NCBI GenBank assembly: GCA_963738405.1
Contig: CAVTWJ010000010.1
Coordinates: 1-64,000 of the forward strand
Direction: 5' to 3'
From: a candidate division FCPU426 bacterium
GTDB taxonomy: Bacteria > Oederibacteriota > Muellerivitia > Muellerivitales > Muellerivitaceae
DNA length: 64,000 nucleotides
The notes under the pieces were generated by a model that saw nothing but the letters and a program-made list of their open reading frames with translations, did no database searches and was not told the DNA's origin. Shown piece after piece: positions 60,633 through 64,000 of this stretch. The translations under genes were made by a program, and so were the position numbers. Position 1 is the first letter of the stretch. The number at the start of each line of letters is the position of its first letter.

Positions 60633-62873
60633 ATGCCTGAGACCCCCCGTGAAGTTAAGGTCAGTTACAGCAAAAAAACCGCCCTATGGATGACGGCGGG
60701 AATTGTCTTTTTCCTCTGCGTCTGTAATTTCTTTAAGATTCAGTTTTTCCAATCCCTTGAGAATAAAACTATTGATTTCCGTTTTGGCGTTCGGGGTACC
60801 CGCTTGCCGGAAGCCCCTATCCGCATCCTGGCTGTCGATGAAAAGAGCCTGCGGGAAGTGGGCCAATGGCCTTGGCCGCGGGCTATTCACGCTCAATTGG
60901 TGCGGCAGCTTAAGGATATGGGCGTCAAGTGCATCTTTTACGACGTTTTCTTCCCTGAACCCGAACGTACCCAAGAAAAGATGCTCAATCAGCTGGAAAC
61001 GGTTTTGAATTCGGCCATCCAGGGCAACAGCAAGACCGCCACTAAAATTAGAGAATCCATGCTTTCCGATATCAAACGGTTCCAGGAAACACAGAACGGG
61101 GATAAGGAATTCGGTCAAGCCATTCAGGATACCGGAAATGTCTTTTTGCCCATCGAACCCCTGATCAATGGCAAGGAGGGGCGCACTCCCAATGAGGAAT
61201 CCTTACATGTAACCGGGGCCCAACTTTTTGGAGGATTCACCAATAATTTTCTGACAAGCCAATCCTTGATCATTTCCATTCCCGACCTTCAGGAACATGT
61301 GGCCGACTCTGGGCATACCCGTTATTTTCCCGATCCTGACGGTATCTATCGCTATTACCCCACGGTCATGAATTACTCGGGTGTATTGATTCCCAATTTG
61401 TCCTTGCAGGTGGCCCGGGTTTTCCAGGGAATCAAGGATCCGGTCAAGGTTTACGATGGGGACCACGTGGCGGTTGGGAAAAGCAATATCCCGATATTGG
61501 ACTTGGGTTTCGCCCTGATTAACTTTTGCGGGCCACGGGGAACCTTTATGACTATCTCGGCCAGCGATGTTTTGAATGGCCGAGTTTCGCCCGATACTTT
61601 GAAAGGATCCATCGTTTTGATCGGGGCCACGGCTGATGGCCTTTACGATTTGCGTCCAACCCCCTATACCCGAGCCTCGCCGGGAGTCGAAATCAACGCC
61701 AACATCATTGAAAACGTACTGGACAACCATTTCTTGACCTTAGCGCCGGATTATTTGAAATACATCCTTGTTCTTTTCCTAGCCTTGATTATTTGGTACC
61801 TGGTTCCTCGCGTGACACCCACCCAGGGTTCCATATGGTTCGGGGCTTTGCTGGTAATTTATACCGTCCTGTCCTGCTTGGTGTTTAGTTATATGGGTTT
61901 GATCATTAATTTGACCTATCCCGTACTTGCTCTCATGCTCACATTCCTCGCCCTCACGACCTACAAGTTCCGCACCGAAGTGCGACACAGCCGTTACATG
62001 AAACAGATGTTCCAGAGCATGGTGACGCCTAAGGTTGTTGAGGAAATTTTGAAAATGCCGGCTGGTATCGAACTGGGCGGTGAAGAAAAAGAACTGACGG
62101 TCATGTTCTCGGACATCCGGGGGTTCACCACTTACTCAGAAAAGCACACTCCCCACGAGGTCGTGGAGGTTCTAAACGAGTATCTCACCCAGATGACCAA
62201 CATGATTTTCCAAACGGAGGGCACCCTCGACAAATACATCGGAGACGCCATCATGGCCTTCTGGGGAGCCCCGACCGGACAGCAGGATCACGCCTATCGC
62301 GCCTGCTCCACCGCCCTCGGGATGGTGGATCTTTTACACACAACCCTTCATCCCAAATGGGAAAAAGAGGGCAAGGAAAAACTGGAAATCGGTATTGGGG
62401 TCAACACTGGCCCCATCGTCGTGGGGTTCGTGGGTTCCCAGGCCATCAAGAATTACACCCTTATCGGGGACGCGGTGAACTTGGGGAGCCGCTTGGAGGG
62501 TACCACCAAGGAATACAAGGTAGAAATCATCATCGGCGAACAGACATTTGAGCACGTTAAGATGGACATGCTTTGCAGGGAATTGGACCTGATTCGGGTC
62601 AAGGGCAAGCTGCAGCCCATCCGTATTTACGAGGTCGTGGATCACCGGCTCAAGGCTGTCGGAGCCAAGGAGTTAAAGGTGAACACCTTCAACGAGGGGC
62701 TCAGCTATTACCGCCTCCAGCGCTGGGATGACGCCATCAAGCGGTTCAAGGTCTGCCTGGAACTGGACCCGCACGACGGGCCTTCCAAGATATTCATCGA
62801 CCGATGTCAGCACCTGAAAGAAGACCCTCCTAAGCCCGATTGGGACGGGGTTTTCATCATGAAGACGAAATAA
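60633..62873 (+). CDS. CHASE2-domain adenylate/guanylate cyclase
   Basis: GQWPWPR, PGVEINA, FSDIRGFT, DKYIGDAIMAFWGAP, GDAVNLGSRLEG. Confidence 0.93.
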   Translation: MPETPREVKVSYSKKTALWMTAGIVFFLCVCNFFKIQFFQSLENKTIDFRFGVRGTRLPEAPIRILAVDEKSLREVGQWPWPRAIHAQLVRQLKDMGVKCIFYDVFFPEPERTQEKMLNQLETVLNSAIQGNSKTATKIRESMLSDIKRFQETQNGDKEFGQAIQDTGNVFLPIEPLINGKEGRTPNEESLHVTGAQLFGGFTNNFLTSQSLIISIPDLQEHVADSGHTRYFPDPDGIYRYYPTVMNYSGVLIPNLSLQVARVFQGIKDPVKVYDGDHVAVGKSNIPILDLGFALINFCGPRGTFMTISASDVLNGRVSPDTLKGSIVLIGATADGLYDLRPTPYTRASPGVEINANIIENVLDNHFLTLAPDYLKYILVLFLALIIWYLVPRVTPTQGSIWFGALLVIYTVLSCLVFSYMGLIINLTYPVLALMLTFLALTTYKFRTEVRHSRYMKQMFQSMVTPKVVEEILKMPAGIELGGEEKELTVMFSDIRGFTTYSEKHTPHEVVEVLNEYLTQMTNMIFQTEGTLDKYIGDAIMAFWGAPTGQQDHAYRACSTALGMVDLLHTTLHPKWEKEGKEKLEIGIGVNTGPIVVGFVGSQAIKNYTLIGDAVNLGSRLEGTTKEYKVEIIIGEQTFEHVKMDMLCRELDLIRVKGKLQPIRIYEVVDHRLKAVGAKELKVNTFNEGLSYYRLQRWDDAIKRFKVCLELDPHDGPSKIFIDRCQHLKEDPPKPDWDGVFIMKTK

Positions 62874-63084
62874 AGCTTTTGAATTGAGGCTGTTTTTAAG
62901 TTTTTTCCCGCCTTTTGAGTTTTTACCCCCCAAAACCTGATTTTTTTCTAAAATTTAAAAGACGATTGAATTTGTGTAAATATTGATTTTATCTATCTTT
63001 TGGTCGTGATTCCCCGAATCCTTGTCATGTACAATGCCGCCTCAACAGACAAGCGGGCTTTTGCAATGGCCCCAGGGGAGCCTG

Positions 63085-64000
63085 ATGAAAGTTCGCCATT
63101 GGGCGCTTTTATCTTTTGGTATCGTTTTTATTTTCGCGGCCTTCATCGGCTGCAATAACCGCTCGGCCTCGCCGGTTGCTCCTACACGAAACGCCAACCT
63201 TAATGTAGCCGTTCCTAGAACCCAGGAACTCCAGGCCAGCCTTTTAAGCTCCACCAGCGACATCCTTCTTTACAAAGCTACCACCTCAGGTCAGGCCGTC
63301 ACAGGATCGGCGGGACCTTTCAATGACCAGACTGGTTCGGGCTCGATTAATTTTTCGGTGGATCTACCAAGTTCTGGGACTTGGCTTATGGCGGTGGAGC
63401 TTATTGCCGCTTCAAACCAACAGCCTTTGGCCTTAGGCGCAGCTCAGTTTGACGCTGGAAGCGTTTCGGGTGGTGTCACGCTCGACCTGGGGTCGGTATC
63501 CAGAAATTGTTATCAAACTGATACTTGGATGGATCCGCTTGGGTCTTCTTTTTCCTTCTTGACTGATACACTTTTTACTTCGCTAAACTCGGGCGATATT
63601 AATATCGTCCCATTCGGCGCCGGTTATCAGATTCAGGCGGTTGCCCCTGCTCGGATCGAATATCTTGGTAATGGGCCGCTGGTTAATTTTGCCTCAGCTC
63701 CCGCGACTGAAACAAACACCGCTTCTTCTGTTTCGAAGATGACCGCTGGGGCCGCAGTTTCGATTCTGCAGTCGGGGGACGTTTACTGCGTTCTCTTATC
63801 AGGCGGTGGACACGCATGGATGCAGATCAGCAACCCCGGCAATGCCACAACAGGACCTTCTTTTCGTTTTCGGGTCAACGCGACACTTCCTTATTACGCC
63901 TATTATCAAACTTCTGCTGATATATCGGGCGTGTGTCTGACACCCCTGAACACCCCCACTTCCACCGCCACCTTCTCGCCGACTCCAACGATCACCCCCA
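63085..64000 (+). CDS. Lipoprotein with the start of a Thr-Pro repeat; 3' truncated (absent from ORF track)
   Basis: GGGGAG RBS, MKVRHWALLSFGIVFIFAAFIG-C lipobox, frame open to window end (…NTPTSTATFSPTPTITP). Confidence 0.8.
   Translation, partial: MKVRHWALLSFGIVFIFAAFIGCNNRSASPVAPTRNANLNVAVPRTQELQASLLSSTSDILLYKATTSGQAVTGSAGPFNDQTGSGSINFSVDLPSSGTWLMAVELIAASNQQPLALGAAQFDAGSVSGGVTLDLGSVSRNCYQTDTWMDPLGSSFSFLTDTLFTSLNSGDINIVPFGAGYQIQAVAPARIEYLGNGPLVNFASAPATETNTASSVSKMTAGAAVSILQSGDVYCVLLSGGGHAWMQISNPGNATTGPSFRFRVNATLPYYAYYQTSADISGVCLTPLNTPTSTATFSPTPTITP

Overview
Bacterial chromosomal window of moderate GC from a probably uncultured diderm. The many Thr-Pro-repeat proteins with FlgD-like C-termini are reminiscent of candidate lineages such as FCPU426, but this is a low-confidence inference. 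Positions 1-17 kb hold three paralogous giant secreted proteins (expansin-like N-terminus, DUF3344-like and lectin-like domains, Thr-Pro stalk, DUF11, three FlgD/CTD-like Ig modules); one copy is frameshifted, and a reverse-strand GT-C-like/TPR trio sits between copies 2 and 3. Housekeeping genes follow: rnj, trxB, glpD, tRNA-Leu(TAG)-tig-clpP-clpX, class V aminotransferase-serA, pepA, ychF and nth. Also present are an ECF sigma operon, glycosylation genes, an ABC-2 transporter and a CHASE2 cyclase. The most unusual locus is 29.8-33.0 kb. There, about 26 perfect copies of a 17-bp unit begin inside a perfect 15-bp hairpin and are followed by a structured leader, a membrane-anchored winged-helix gene, and low-GC cassette-like genes separated by related tRNA-3'-like motifs. 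All calls come from visual motif recognition; no searches were run.
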